From Chlorokybus atmophyticus (taxonomy: Eukaryota; Plantae; Mesostigma and Chlorokybus algae), in contig RHPI01002990.1 of NCBI GenBank assembly GCA_009103225.1, positions 182,738 to 246,737 of the forward strand: a stretch of DNA of 64,000 nucleotides. Reading direction: 5' to 3'. The stretch's first letter is position 1. Each line of letters starts with the position of its first letter. Positions 1-12,322 of this stretch are shown in pieces. The notes beneath the pieces were generated by a model. The model did not search any database. It was given only the letters and a program-made list of their open reading frames with translations, and was not told where the DNA came from. The position numbers and the translations under genes are program-made.

Positions 1-3000
1 TTTGCCAGCAGGATGGCCACAAGCCTTTGCAGCTGTGCAGGCTGTGCAGTGTTCACCCTCTCGTGTTGTATTGCTGCTGTGCCACTGGTTTACGCAGAAT
101 TGGTACAGTAGTTGTTAAGAGTGCTGCAGTTGGCAGTCTGAGGTCATCGCCGGTTATGGTCACGAGTCAAGGGAGGTGGGCTCTGTACACACGGACGCAT
201 GTGGAGAGAGTTGTGCGTGCATGTGTACAAACTTAATTATTGATGTCTGTGTCTCTTTCACCAGGGTCTTGGCTCAGCAGTGGAAGTTCGAGGCATTGCC
301 AGCTTGGTCGATTGCAAATTCAAAGACAACCGTGTTGCGGGCCAAGGCGGTGCCATACACAGTTCGGGCAGATTGACGCTCACAGCCTGCGTGTTCAACA
401 ACAACCACGCTGTAAGCATAGTAGCAACACAATTCCCCTGCATAACATGGCAAATGAACTCAAGGGTGACTGCCACAGTTGCTTGGCTTTACAATCTGCT
501 CATTTACCAAGTTACCAAAACTCATATACCTATATACATGCCCTCTTGTAGCAACCAGTTTGGCCAGTGCAATTACCAGCCCATCACACTCTAAGGCGTA
601 CATGCAAGCATGGCAGAAGTGCAGCTTTCCCTTGCTTGCTTTCAGGTGGCGCGCTATGGTATATACTATATGTCACATACATCATTGCATCAAAGCAGGT
701 GCTACTGTGGTTGGAGACACACACTGGCATGATGCACAGGTTGAAGGCGGCGCGATCCATCATGCGGCGGGTCGACTGACCTTGAAGAGCTGCCAGTTTG
801 CAAACAACTCTGCAGCGACCGGTGGTGGTGCCATAAGCTCGCATGGGAAGGGCTCAATAGTGAATTGCACTTTCGAGTACAACTCAGCTGAAGGCGCGGT
901 ACGCAGCTGATGACCGATGGTGTTCTGCAAACTGATGGTATGCAATACAGAAAAAGTCATGCGTGTGCGATTGCTGTGCAGGCTGGTCCTAATGATATCC
1001 AGCTAGGAGGGGGCGCGATAGCTGCGAATAAGGGCGCTAGTTTGAACATTCAGCGCTGCAACTTCACTGGTGGTGCTGCCTATGCCGGTGCCGCTATCTC
1101 TCTCAATCACGGTTATGGAGATTGCTTGGTGTGGGTAGAAGGCTCCGTCTTCATCAACAACAAGGCAACTGTACGCTTTCATGGAGAATGTCATGTGTTT
1201 GTCTTGTCGTGCATGCGTACATGTATTCATTGTGGTCAATCTGCACCTGTGTTGCAGAAAGGTGGAGCTGCTTCGGTGTTCTCAATCTTGGCCTTTTCCC
1301 CCAAACCTGCAAGTAGAGTTCTCACCGTAGTTGAATGCTATTTCGACCACAACATCGGCAGGGAGGGTGGAACTCTATACGTTGAAGGCAACCTCACCAT
1401 GAACAACAGCATCATTGTCAACAGCCATAGCGAGGTGAGCACTGAAGCACCCACCTATGCTACACGACGTGTTGCATGGCTGCGTGTGCTGCCATTCTGC
1501 AAGTGCTCTCAAGTGACCAAAGTGCTAGGCTTTACATACAACATTGACAAAAATGTTCTTGCAGATTGGCGCACTGGCTGTAACTTTAAGTGCCTCCGCA
1601 AAGGTGTACAATTCCAACTTCACAGGAAATGTGGCTCAAGTGAGTCGCACACGGCATGACATCTATGCATTGGGCCATGAGGTTTGGTCATGGGCGTCAG
1701 AGTACTCATGCATAGCTTGTCATGTGCGCCTTCGGGGCTTCTTGTATGCCGTGCGCATTGCATAAGTGCAGTGTCTTCTCATGTTCTCTTGCGTTATTGA
1801 TCACAGAGTCAAATTTGCCTGTCTGTGCACTGGTAGAGAGGAGGCGCTATTGGCTGCACTGATGGTGCCAGCGAGCTTCAAATAGAAGAGACACTGTTTG
1901 AGGGTAACTCCGCAACTATTGAGGACGGAGGCGCCATCTTGTTGTTCGCCTCATTAGATTCTTCGCTCTGTCCCTTGGTGGCAACTCGCTGCAATTTTAC
2001 CAAGAACTTCTCCAATGTAAGTTGACCTTCCCCAATGTCAGTTGACTGCAGCAGGTATGTGTGCGCATGACAATTGCCTCTGGCACCCACGCATAAACTG
2101 GTGGCTTGCACCAATGTCTTTGCCAAAGTAACTGTTTCGAGTGAGTGTCAGTTTCAATGACCATACGCTGTTAGTCATCAGCGGTACACAACAACAGCCG
2201 TGTTCTAGAGGGACTCTGGTGCCATACATGTTGGGTCAACCACGGCGGACAATGCCCAAAAGCCACGCACACTTATATCGTGCCGCTTTGTTGGGAATGT
2301 TGCGCAAGTAAGAAGAGCTAGTTGGCTCATTGCGCCGCTCCTTCACGTCATCCGTGTGCTCATATGGTCGTCCGTTGCCTTCTGCAGCTGAGCGGCGGAG
2401 CAATTACATCGGGATATAGACTTTGGATAACCAACTCAACATTTGACAGCAATCAAGCAGCGGTACGTTCGGACAAAGCTTTAAGCAGACTCACGGTGTA
2501 ATCAGGGTGTGAAACCTTTTGTGTGTACAGAGACTTCTACTCTTGAAGTGTTTACTTCTTGCAGGATGGTGGCGCGATTCGCAACACTGGCCGGGAGTAT
2601 TATGTATGTTGCAGCGCCATGTTACTGTGTGATGCAGTGCTGCTGCTGCTGCTGAAAGTTTTCTGTGCTTGCAGGAACAGGGGACGACATTTACAGGAGT
2701 AAGCTACATCACAAACAACTTGCTGAGTGTCTCGCAATGTACTTTTTGCAACAACTTCTGCAGGGTATGCCAAATGAGACACTTCTCGCCACCCATGCAG
2801 GCTCTTGCTTGCTGTGCGTGTTGACTGGCCTTGTTGACCAGCACGTAGTGAGTGTTGTTGTCCTTCTGCTGTCCAGGTACAGCAGGTTGGACGAGCGTGC
2901 ACAGGAGGGGCCATTCAAAATGAATTTGGCAAAGCAACCATAACCGGTTCCAGGTTCTTCAACAACACTGCATCGGTATGTCTGTCCAACAGATGAGCAA

Positions 3001-6000
3001 AACTGCCTGGTCATTGTGCAATGCATCATTACTTTTGCACATCAGTTGGGAGGGGCGTTTTATAGCGGAAGCAAGGTACTGCAAAGCACTGGCTGTCACC
3101 TCTGGCCGACAATCACAACTGTGAAGGTGCGCGTGCACTGAGGTTTGACAGGTTCACATGATCTCTGTGCATTGTGATGCACGCATGCATATAAGGCCAC
3201 CCACTCAGCGCCTGATTTTATTGCTGAGCAGGACTCTACATTCGTCAATAACTCTGCTGGAAAGGGTGGTGCGGTGTCTTTGGACGCCTCCTTGTGCGAG
3301 CGTGCAGCCAATGTGAGCTTTCACAACGTGACCCTGACCAGTAATAGTGCAACCAATGGAGGCGCATTCTACATCACCTGCTTTAACGCCACCACCTGCC
3401 CAACGCTTGATTGCTGCACCCTCACTGACAACAACGCCAGTGACGGCGGGGCAGCCGTGTATTGCGACGTCGTGCCCAACATCTCCTGCTCTGTAAGCCC
3501 CTAAGATCACAGCGCAGTCTTCACATGCGCTCCTCTGCCAGCATGCTTCACTCTTGCTTTGCCCGTGCAGTAGCACGCATGCTGGCTGCCTCACGCATGC
3601 TGGCTGCCTCACGCATGATTGCTCTCTTCATAGGATGGAAGTCTGTTGAACATCTCAGTTGGGTGCCCTGACTGGGTTGGCAACAGCGCGGGGAATGGCT
3701 ATGGCAATGTGTTCGCCTCTGCACCTGTCGAATTGCGGTTGTCCAACTCGAGCTTCGCATCGCACACCAGCCAGCAATCAATAAGCAACGTCAGCGTCTA
3801 TCTTGTCGACCGATTTGAGCAAGTCGTATATTCGGGCCAATACGACGGCACAGTCATCAGCTTACCGGTATTGATTCGAGAGTGAATAAGCATGCACCTT
3901 GCGCCCTTTGTCATGACGTTGTCAATGTGTAACTGTTGGCCGGTAGGTATCAAACGGCAGCTGCAACCTGTTAGGGGATGTCACGACAGCGTTATATAAT
4001 GGATCCGCAATGCTAAACATCACTGTCAACGGCACCGTGGGTGACCACGTGTTGCAGTTGTCGACAGACGGAGCACAGCTGCCTGTGCTACATGTTCCGC
4101 TCTCCGTTGGCATTCGTGCCTGCCAACAAGGAGAAATTGCCACTGCAGGTAATAAGTTATTGCAATGAGAGGCAGTGCATGCAGGCACTCAAGCATGTTT
4201 GCATGCGCCACCACTGTGCAGAGTGCGTACCTGAATGCGTCCATGCACTCACGCAGTGAAGTGTATGGACGCATGCAGGTATGCACACAAACCCTGTATT
4301 GATGCTATCTGTGCGTACATGTTCACAACTGAAGCGTACCAGCGTGATGTGGGGACGCTTCAAACATATGCGTGCATGGTATCTTTGCACTGGTGCAAGT
4401 TGGCATATCTTCACCGAGTGCCTGCAGTTGCGCGAAGCTTGGCATGTGGCGAGTCTCACCTGTTGCTTGCCCCCTTGACAGACGGCGGCTGCAAGCTATG
4501 CAGCGCTCCAACCTTTAGCTGGGCTAACACGTCCGCAAATTGCTCGAGCTGCCAAGCAAATGCCATCTGCTTCGGTGGTGCTGTGGTGGTGCCGGAAGAT
4601 GGCTTCTGGCGCTCAAGCTTTTACTCTACTGACACCCTCCAGTGTCCAAACGCAGAGGCGTGCACGTACACCAACCGTTCGAGTGATCTTAATGCCTCAG
4701 GTTGGCGTGGGGAATCCGCAAGCGTAGTGCACTACCGTGCGCAGCTGTGTGCCAAGGGGTACACTGGCAACCTCTGCGCCGTTTGTTGCCAAAAGTATGG
4801 CATGACGCGGATTATTGGCAAGACCCAATGCAGCAAATGCCCATCCACTGCCGTCAAAGCCGTGTACATGTTGATCTGGATTATGGTGGAGGTGGCGTTA
4901 GTCTCTGCTCTCATTGCGCTGACAGTCATGCCAATGAGGAGTGCGAGCTTGGGGCAGCTGCTGAACGGTCCCTCACAGCTGAAGCTCAGCATTCATTTCT
5001 TTCAGTTGGTGGCACTTGCCTTTGTCATCCAGCACGAATGGCCTGCGCCAATAGACTACATGACGGAAGCGCTTGCAACAGTGTTTCTTGCTCAGAGCCA
5101 GCTACTGCCTTTGGACTGTTTCATGTCTGCTGGAAGCAGCAGCAAGGCTTTCAGGACGACAATCATCTACGCTGTTCTGCCTGTTGCTGCGATGGTGCCT
5201 CCCGTGCTGTTCTGGAGTATACAGCATTGGTGGTCGCACGGTTGGCGACACAAGGTCACAAGTGACGCGCATGCTAATGAGACAACACCTTCGTATGGCG
5301 TAACCTTCTGGCAATGCATCGTGCCGAGCATATTGTGCGTGGTGTTCTTCCTTTGGCCCACCACCGTTGCAAACTCCCTCGCACTCTTCAGCTGCCGACG
5401 TGTGGACACTGGCGCTCTCTCTCCCAACAATTCAGATCAGGTGCGTGCATGTTGCTTCTGCTGTTTCCTTTGCACTTTAATGTCTGCGACTAGCACCTGC
5501 TATCTCGGATTGAAGATTCAAAGGCTGTTGCTACAGCTGCCGTGTATGACGCATACTGTTACGCAACATGGTGTTCACTTGCAGGTGCTGGGCTTGCATT
5601 GGGTGAGCGACATGAACGTGAAGTGCTTCGAGGGCGAGCATCTGGCGTACACGCTGGGATTCGGCATTCCCGGGTTAGTTCTATCCGTGTTGCTACTCCC
5701 AGGATGCCTCTGCTGGGTGTTGAATTCCAACCGCAACAAGCTCGATCAGCCTTGGATGATGCGCTGCTGGGGTTTTCAGTACATAATGTACAAGCCCAAA
5801 GCCTACTTGTGGGATGGTGCGCTGCACTTTCTTAAGCTTGCGCTTGTGATCAACTCCGTGCTGCTGGGTAATGCTGGGGGGCAGGCTCAAAATGCCATTG
5901 CCTTTGGCATTGTGACTATTGCCACATTCTTGCACTGGCACACACAGCCGTACGCGCCACTGAGCCCTGAACGACTGAGTGGTTTCGCTCACACTGCTGC

Positions 6001-6280
6001 CTCCTACTTCGTCTTCTTGGGCATGCTGGTCTTTCTCCACCCCAGCAGGGGCATCACGATCGCCATTGATGTGTTCTTTGCACTCGGGCTGGGCGTCAGT
6101 CTGGTCTTCACCTTTTCTGCCGTCGCACGCAGCGCCATCAAGGAGATGCGTGCGCTCAGCCCTGGCAGCGACAAGCAAGCAAACCAATCAGTGCACACTT
6201 TGCATAGTGATGAATGGACGAGCGCTTTGGTTGCTTCCAGCCCTTCCAAAGCAGGCAACAGTGCGGGCGCAATCAAGTGA
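1..6280 (+). CDS. Large multi-exon membrane protein, 5' end outside window: Pmp-like GGA(I/V)/FxxN parallel beta-helix repeats, Cys-rich juxtamembrane region and multi-pass TM C-terminal domain
   Basis: Exons repeatedly encode FxxN..GGA[IV] (FKDNRVAGQGGAIHS, FANNSAATGGGAISS, FEGNSATIEDGGAIL, FVNNSAGKGGAVS, LTSNSATNGGAFY). These are followed by CKLCSAPTFSW..CSSCQANAICFGG and LCAKGYTGNLCAVC, then several hydrophobic helices and WVSDMNVKCF..H, ending AIK* at 6280. GT-AG introns throughout. Confidence 0.85.
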
Positions 6281-6692
6281 GGTTGCCATACTGTTCTTGA
6301 AATGTTGCACAACGCTACCTTTGAGCAGCAGAGTCCAAGCAAAGCCAATGACATCTGCAGCCATGTACACCCGCTCAATCCTGTCCATGCCAAGGCATCT
6401 AGTACTAGTACTAGCTCGTAGCAGAGCTAGCCTTGAGCGGCAACTCTGCCCCAACCGGCTACAGAACCCCTGCAGCCATCGCTATAAACATGGACGCTGC
6501 GCGTAAATTGCACAATCAGCACTCAATGGACTGTGGTGGAAGGCTATGTGTGCGCGACGTTTGGTGAGGGTATTTATATCACGACGATGTGAGGACTGTG
6601 CAAAGGTTGTTGGTAGCAAGCGCCCCCGTACATTGTGTAGTAGCCGTCGTAAAATTTGCTCGAGGGGTGCTCGGGGAGAGAGAGAGAAGGGG

Positions 6693-7013
6693 NNNNNNNN
6701 NNNNNNNNNNNNNNNNNNNNNNNNNNNNNNNNNNNNNNNNNNNNNNNNNNNNNNNNNNNNNNNNNNNNNNNNNNNNNNNNNNNNNNNNNNNNNNNNNNNN
6801 NNNNNNNNNNNNNNNNNNNNNNNNNNNNNNNNNNNNNNNNNNNNNNNNNNNNNNNNNNNNNNNNNNNNNNNNNNNNNNNNNNNNNNNNNNNNNNNNNNNN
6901 NNNNNNNNNNNNNNNNNNNNNNNNNNNNNNNNNNNNNNNNNNNNNNNNNNNNNNNNNNNNNNNNNNNNNNNNNNNNNNNNNNNNNNNNNNNNNNNNNNNN
7001 NNNNNNNNNNNNN
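6693..7013. other. Assembly gap (321 N) next to a GA/G-rich tract
   Basis: Run of n from 6693 to 7013, preceded by ggggagagagagagaagggg. Confidence 0.99.
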
Positions 7014-7429
7014 GGGGCGCACGGATTGCCCGCACCACCAAGTAGAACAATTGCCACCTGGTGCAAGTGCTCATGTCCGCCACGCAGTCAATATTATAAT
7101 GGCAACGAGACCGTAAAAGTTTCATGCACGCATGACGGCTGTAGAGGAGGGCGGGGGAGGCTTAGCGACTGTTGCTGCTGTTGCTGGTGCTGAAGAGACT
7201 GGCCGCTAACCGCAGTCGTGGCGCAGGTGATTAACCTAAGTATGCATGCATGCATGACTTACGAGGCAGGTAGTTGTAGAGTCACAGTGCTAGATAGACG
7301 TAGCCCGGTTGTGGTGTAATACGGGTGAAAGCAGATGTGGTATGCTTCAGACTGTGCATGTGCCTTACCTGCCTGTTTCACACCATGCCGGCATAGCAGC
7401 ATATCCCTTTTATACGCACCAGCCGCTAG

Positions 7430-9091
7430 GGCAGGTTGGCGGTGTCCTCCGAACCTGGGAGGGATCACCGCTAGCAACCCGACGTTACCAGCACCGCTTG
7501 CGGGCCCAAGCAAGGAGAGCACGTGGCTGCGCGGGAGGCCGAGCAAGTGGCGGAAGTACAGGGATCACCTGCCGGCGGACGAGTTCTTCCCGTTGGCGGC
7601 GGAGACGCAAGGCACGCTGGGCGACGCCTTGAACCGTGATCGCTGAGGTGCGCCCGCTAGGCCATACGCGCCCGGGGCCTGCCGCTTGCCCGCCTGAGTG
7701 GGTACGTGGCCCTGCTTAGGTAGCGCATGGCATGCGCGCTCCAGCGAGCGCAGGGCATGGCGTTGCTCGAGAGAGGAGCGGCGGTGGCGGTTGCGCCCGC
7801 TGGACCCTGCTGCGAGCGGCGAGCCCGACAGAGGAGGCGGTCGTGATGATTGCGGGGGCGCCACGGACGCTGAGTTGCTAGCGTAGCCGTAAAGCGCTGA
7901 TGTATTTGGTCGGTTGGTTAGGCATGGACGCCGTGTATGTGACGCTTGTGTTTTGGGTAATATGATTAGTGTTTGAGTAACAACAAATGCCCTCAAGAGC
8001 AACATGTTGCCAATCGTGAACATGCGCAGAGGGCTTGCGCGCACAGCCTGCTGAGCTGCCGCGGCCAGTACCATGGTGGTGGCCTGTGCGTGTTGAGATG
8101 CGACACAAACGTGCTGAAAGCATTGACAAAGTGCGACAGATATTTCGTCAAGCTCGCTGCGTTCAGATATGACATGCAATGTGACTCGCCAGCGGGCGTT
8201 AGCATGCACGTTTACACAACAGTCTCGCATACTATCTCTTTTAATCAATCTCTTGCACCCACCCACCTGCATGCATGAACCAACGCACCCGCACCCTTGC
8301 ACGCCCATTACAACGAGGGGCTTGATGGCTGGCAGCTGGACAGGAGAAGATAGAGTCGGAGGCGACCGGGGGTGGCTGATGGTTAACCTTCGCAGCGTAG
8401 GTGGAGGGACGGTGAAGGGTGCGGAAAGGTTGACAGTGGCAATGCAAGAGTGCGCAAGCATGCAAAATGATGCACATACGCGTGCAGAAGTTTGTGTGTG
8501 GGGATACCATATAGAGGAAGCAGACAAGTAGTATGACAGCTTGTATTACACACATAGGCCCTCAAGCAACGGTCATGGTCACGATTTGCAGTGTAGATGA
8601 CGGGCAAGTGTTGCAGCACTGATTGTGACATTGGGATTTTGCAGGCTCTCAGCAGTGCTTGCTTGTAACCCGCTGCTGTCTGTGACCGCGCTCGTGTTCT
8701 ACATGCAAGCGGTTTTGGCTTTGTAGTTGACAGTGGTGGCTTTACTGTTGCTTTTCTTGGGGAGAGGTCCGACTGGAGGGCCCTGCTGTCGGACCTCTCC
8801 CCAAGTGCAAGCCAGCAGCTCCCCGAGGGCGCCGCTTGCTTGACGTCAACTCGTATGGCGCACATGCCGGGGGGGAGTGTGCAGGTCATTCTTGCAGAAG
8901 TAAGTTAAGGGCTCGCCTTCCAAATTCTGAGGAGTCTCAGCCTGTTGTAGGTGTTCACAGTGATGCCCGCTCGGAGAAACAAAACCGCATGCTTGCCTTC
9001 ATACGCCACCAAATCCTCTATCACCGTCGCTGCTGCTGCTGCTGCTGTCATTGTCGTTGTCGCTACTGCTGCTGTTGGCGTTGTGCGCTAG
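7430..9091 (+). CDS. Hypothetical multi-exon protein with C-terminal hydrophobic tail; 5' structure unresolved
   Basis: Phase-compatible exons 8727-8899 (DSGGFTVAFLGERSDWRALLSDLSP...VQVILAE, donor GTAAGT) and 8951-9091 (...SSITVAAAAAAVIVVVATAAVGVVR*). Candidate exon 8047-8130 (PAELPRPVPWWWPVRVEMRHKRAESIDK). Upstream exons are uncertain and no family was recognised. Confidence 0.35.
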
Positions 9092-9596
9092 CAGCTGCAG
9101 GAAGAACTTGTAATATGTCTCTGCATGCGTGTGTGCGAGCGAGCGTGCCTACGTGCACGTGTGTATGTAGCACACCCATTGCTCAGAGTGTGCTTTGCGC
9201 AGCTCTACAATGTCTGTTATGGCAGCACTGACGGGGGGCGCTTGTGTGTCAATGATCATAGAGATGAGAGCGTCTGTCATATGAGACAACTGTAAGGACA
9301 CATAGATTACCTGGAAACCATGACGTGTCAATTTGGCGTTGCAAGGTTGTGCGTGGCTGCTGTACTGACTGGGCGGTTTCTACCAACATCTTCCCCTGTA
9401 CGAGTTGGTCCCATGCCTGCTGACATTTATGATTTACAACTCAACTGAAAGCAAACGATGTCCAATACGCAACGTACGCTAGCTGACACCAATTGATAAA
9501 ACCCAAATAATGGGGACCTACATTCTAGAGAACAGCGCTACGCAACAAAAACAGTCCACACAAGTGAAGCACAATCCGACGGCGTGTCCACCTACA

Positions 9597-10745
9597 CTAC
9601 AACTCTGCAGCAGGCAGTGTGGTAGCTGGAATAGGCATAGCCACAACCACCTCAGCAATCCCCTTTCGCGCGCGCATAGCAGCTGCGAGTGCCCGCGTGA
9701 GCAAGTGACACGCCACGCCAAGCGGCCCAAACAGCATGCACAATACTAGCGAGTGTCTACACTCCACATTGAGTCTCAATGACTCCAGCAACACGTGTCG
9801 CGCGGCAAAGAGGTCAAGTGCGAGGCAATGTATCCACGCGGAAGCAACGGTCTCGGCGCTACCGCGAAACATGGACACGATGCCGGGCAACTCGGGGAGG
9901 AGGTACTTGGAGGCGAACATGTAGCGGAGAGTCATGGGAGTCCAGGAGAGGTAAAGGAGGAGGGCGTAGATGCAACCAAGGGCAACGTAGAGGATGGGAG
10001 ACTCGACTACACGCCGCGTGCCCTCCCACCTGTATTGGTTGGTGAGGTGGTGATTTGAGCGCATCTTTGTCAACAGGCACGTGGCGATGATTGTGTGTGT
10101 TCGTTGATGACAATTGTTGCTACACATCAAGTCCTTATCCACTTGCCACAACTGCACGGTGCTACACTCATGCAACTAGTAACTCATCCTGCACGTTGCA
10201 GTGCATGCAAAGTGCAATATATCTGTGTATGTCATCGTTGTGGCTGCAAAATAAATCCAGCCAGCTAACTCTACCGCGTGATCATGCGTCAACACCGTGT
10301 GAGAGAGAGCAGCAACAGATCAGCGAAGACATGCAATGCCTTGGTGTGATGGGAACAACATGAGTATGCGCATTGCGCTGACTGTGTCAGCATGCATGGC
10401 ACATGCACACATGCGCATGTCAGCCACAAAGAGAAACACTCGCCTAGGCGCTGCGATCATGAGCGTGTAGATGGGTATGACAGCGGCCGTCCCAAGGTTG
10501 AAGCACACGTCTGCAATGCCGGAGGCGCTCGTCGTTGCAATGGCTGCCTTGTGGCTACTACTCCGCCGCCTTGTGAGCAGCGCCGGCGCCGGCAGCGGCC
10601 GTCTGAGACCACCTGCTACGCCACTCCTCAAAGACGCACGCCAAACCACTGCTGAAGGCCTGGCTGCATGACGCGACACCGCGACTGGGCAGGAGCAGCA
10701 CCATGTTGATCCCGCCAACGCCGTCGCCGCCGCCGCCACCGCCAT
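9597..10745 (-). CDS. ABA4: ABA DEFICIENT 4 / DUF4281 plastid membrane protein (neoxanthin synthesis), 2 exons, about 244 aa
   Basis: Transit peptide, then [23 protein letters not shown]|[18 protein letters not shown]...[10 protein letters not shown]...[18 protein letters not shown]...[20 protein letters not shown]. Exons 10745-10444 and 10029-9597. Confidence 0.9.
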
Positions 10746-11949
10746 GGCCCAGCCTAGCCTGGCCTGGCCTGGTCTGGGAGAAGGCAGTAACGTTAGGCGG
10801 AGGCCATTTTGACATAGATCAACGTTCGGTTTGATCGACTGCTAACGTGGCATGCGCGCGGGCGAATGAGCGGGCGCCATGCCAGCGCTGATAGGCTCAA
10901 TACCACGTCTAGACCATGTCATACTCAAGCAAGAATGAATGTGCCATTAAGGAGCCAGCCAAGCGATGTTAGGGCTTCCAAAGGCGGCTCCGTGTAGCAA
11001 AAGTAACTCATGACAATTACAATGGGTTGTTAGAGTTCTGTCCAGCCAGCAATCAAGTGGGTTTCGTTATCCGTGTCATTGAGATCCTCATGTGGCGCTT
11101 GGTCACGTGACTCTGACGGTCAGACTCTCAGTGCCCCGGTGCGCGGTCGCCCTGCCGCGAGCAGCGTGCGACACGTCCTCTGAGAGGGGGTTGCGCGACA
11201 TTATTGGTATGTTGACTGATATTTTTTATTACTGCGTTTGTGTGTTGAGTGCGCTGGTGATGGGTCATACGTACAACACAGTCTCTGCTCCTGCCGTTTC
11301 AAGAGTTGTACGAACAAAAAGAAATGGTGGACCACTCCTGAGTTAGCCATGTCTCTCCCCTTTGCTCAGTGTTGGCTACTCTCCACTCTACTCTGACTAG
11401 TCTCTCAGGCCAGCTGTAGTGTGCGCCCATACACACATTGACACCACCACCATCACCCACATCACCACCAGCACACTACCAGAGTTACCAACAAGGCGGG
11501 TTTGGATGGTGACTGGATTGACTTGCCTCAGATGGTGCAAGTGAGTGAACTTCTGCAAGTGCAACAGCTACACTGTCTGTTGAGGTCAACAGTCTGGCTG
11601 CTGATTGCACTGGACACTGTTGTGCTGCTGCAGGCTAAGAACCTGTCATCGCACCTCCTTGTTATCAGAATGAACACCTGTGCCTTTCACTTGTCGTGGT
11701 CAACTGCGTGAAGGGTCATATGCGTGTGTTGTGCTCCCAACAGAAGGGTCCTCACCCACTGAGTAGAGGGTGCGAGCATGGCACGCGGACGTGGACAAGC
11801 GTGGTTGATGAGACGGATGACACAGGCCAGTGCCGGGCGGGACGGTTGGTGGACGCATAGATAGGGTTTGTTACACTTCAGGCAAGAGGAGGGTTTGACT
11901 GGGGCGATAGAGTGGTATTGTGAATTACATATACACATACACGCGTGTG

Positions 11950-12279
11950 ATGGCGGACCGCGGCCGTGTTGCTTCCCTTACCCACTCCAACCGCATCTGC
12001 TACGAGCGTTGGGTCGGTCACTGCCAGCAGGGTCACCGTGACAGGTTGCGTGCCATTCTACCCATGATCGACACGAGCGCGCCGGACAGCATGGCGACGC
12101 TGGGGAAACTGGATGCAAAACGCCAGCAGGCGGAGACGCTGCGCGCGAAACAGATTGATAGAGAGAACAGAATGCTACTGGACAAGATGGCAAGGATTAT
12201 GCACGCAAGAGCACAACCACTACCCTCACCCGCACCATTCAGGCAAGTTGTCACAACTCTTAAGCGCACACGGACGCCA

Positions 12280-12322
<43 letters not shown>

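Noticed and set aside
3564-3620. About 2.5 copies of an 18-nt tandem repeat (CACGCATGCTGGCTGCCT)
   Set aside because: It is a short local duplication inside an intron with no further structure.
5441-5584. Unusual Cys-rich insertion in the TM domain of the 681-aa ORF
   Set aside because: It is a 144-nt GTGCGT...TTGCAG intron that happens to be in frame and stop-free. The first part of that ORF (4235-4480) is likewise intronic.
6482-7193. ORFs of 129-215 aa spanning the N gap
   Set aside because: They are open only because Ns translate as X.
9020-9085. Poly-Cys stretch (RRCCCCCCHCRCRYCCCWRC) resembling a metallothionein
   Set aside because: It is an off-frame reading of GCT/GTC codons that encode an Ala/Val-rich TM tail in the spliced frame.
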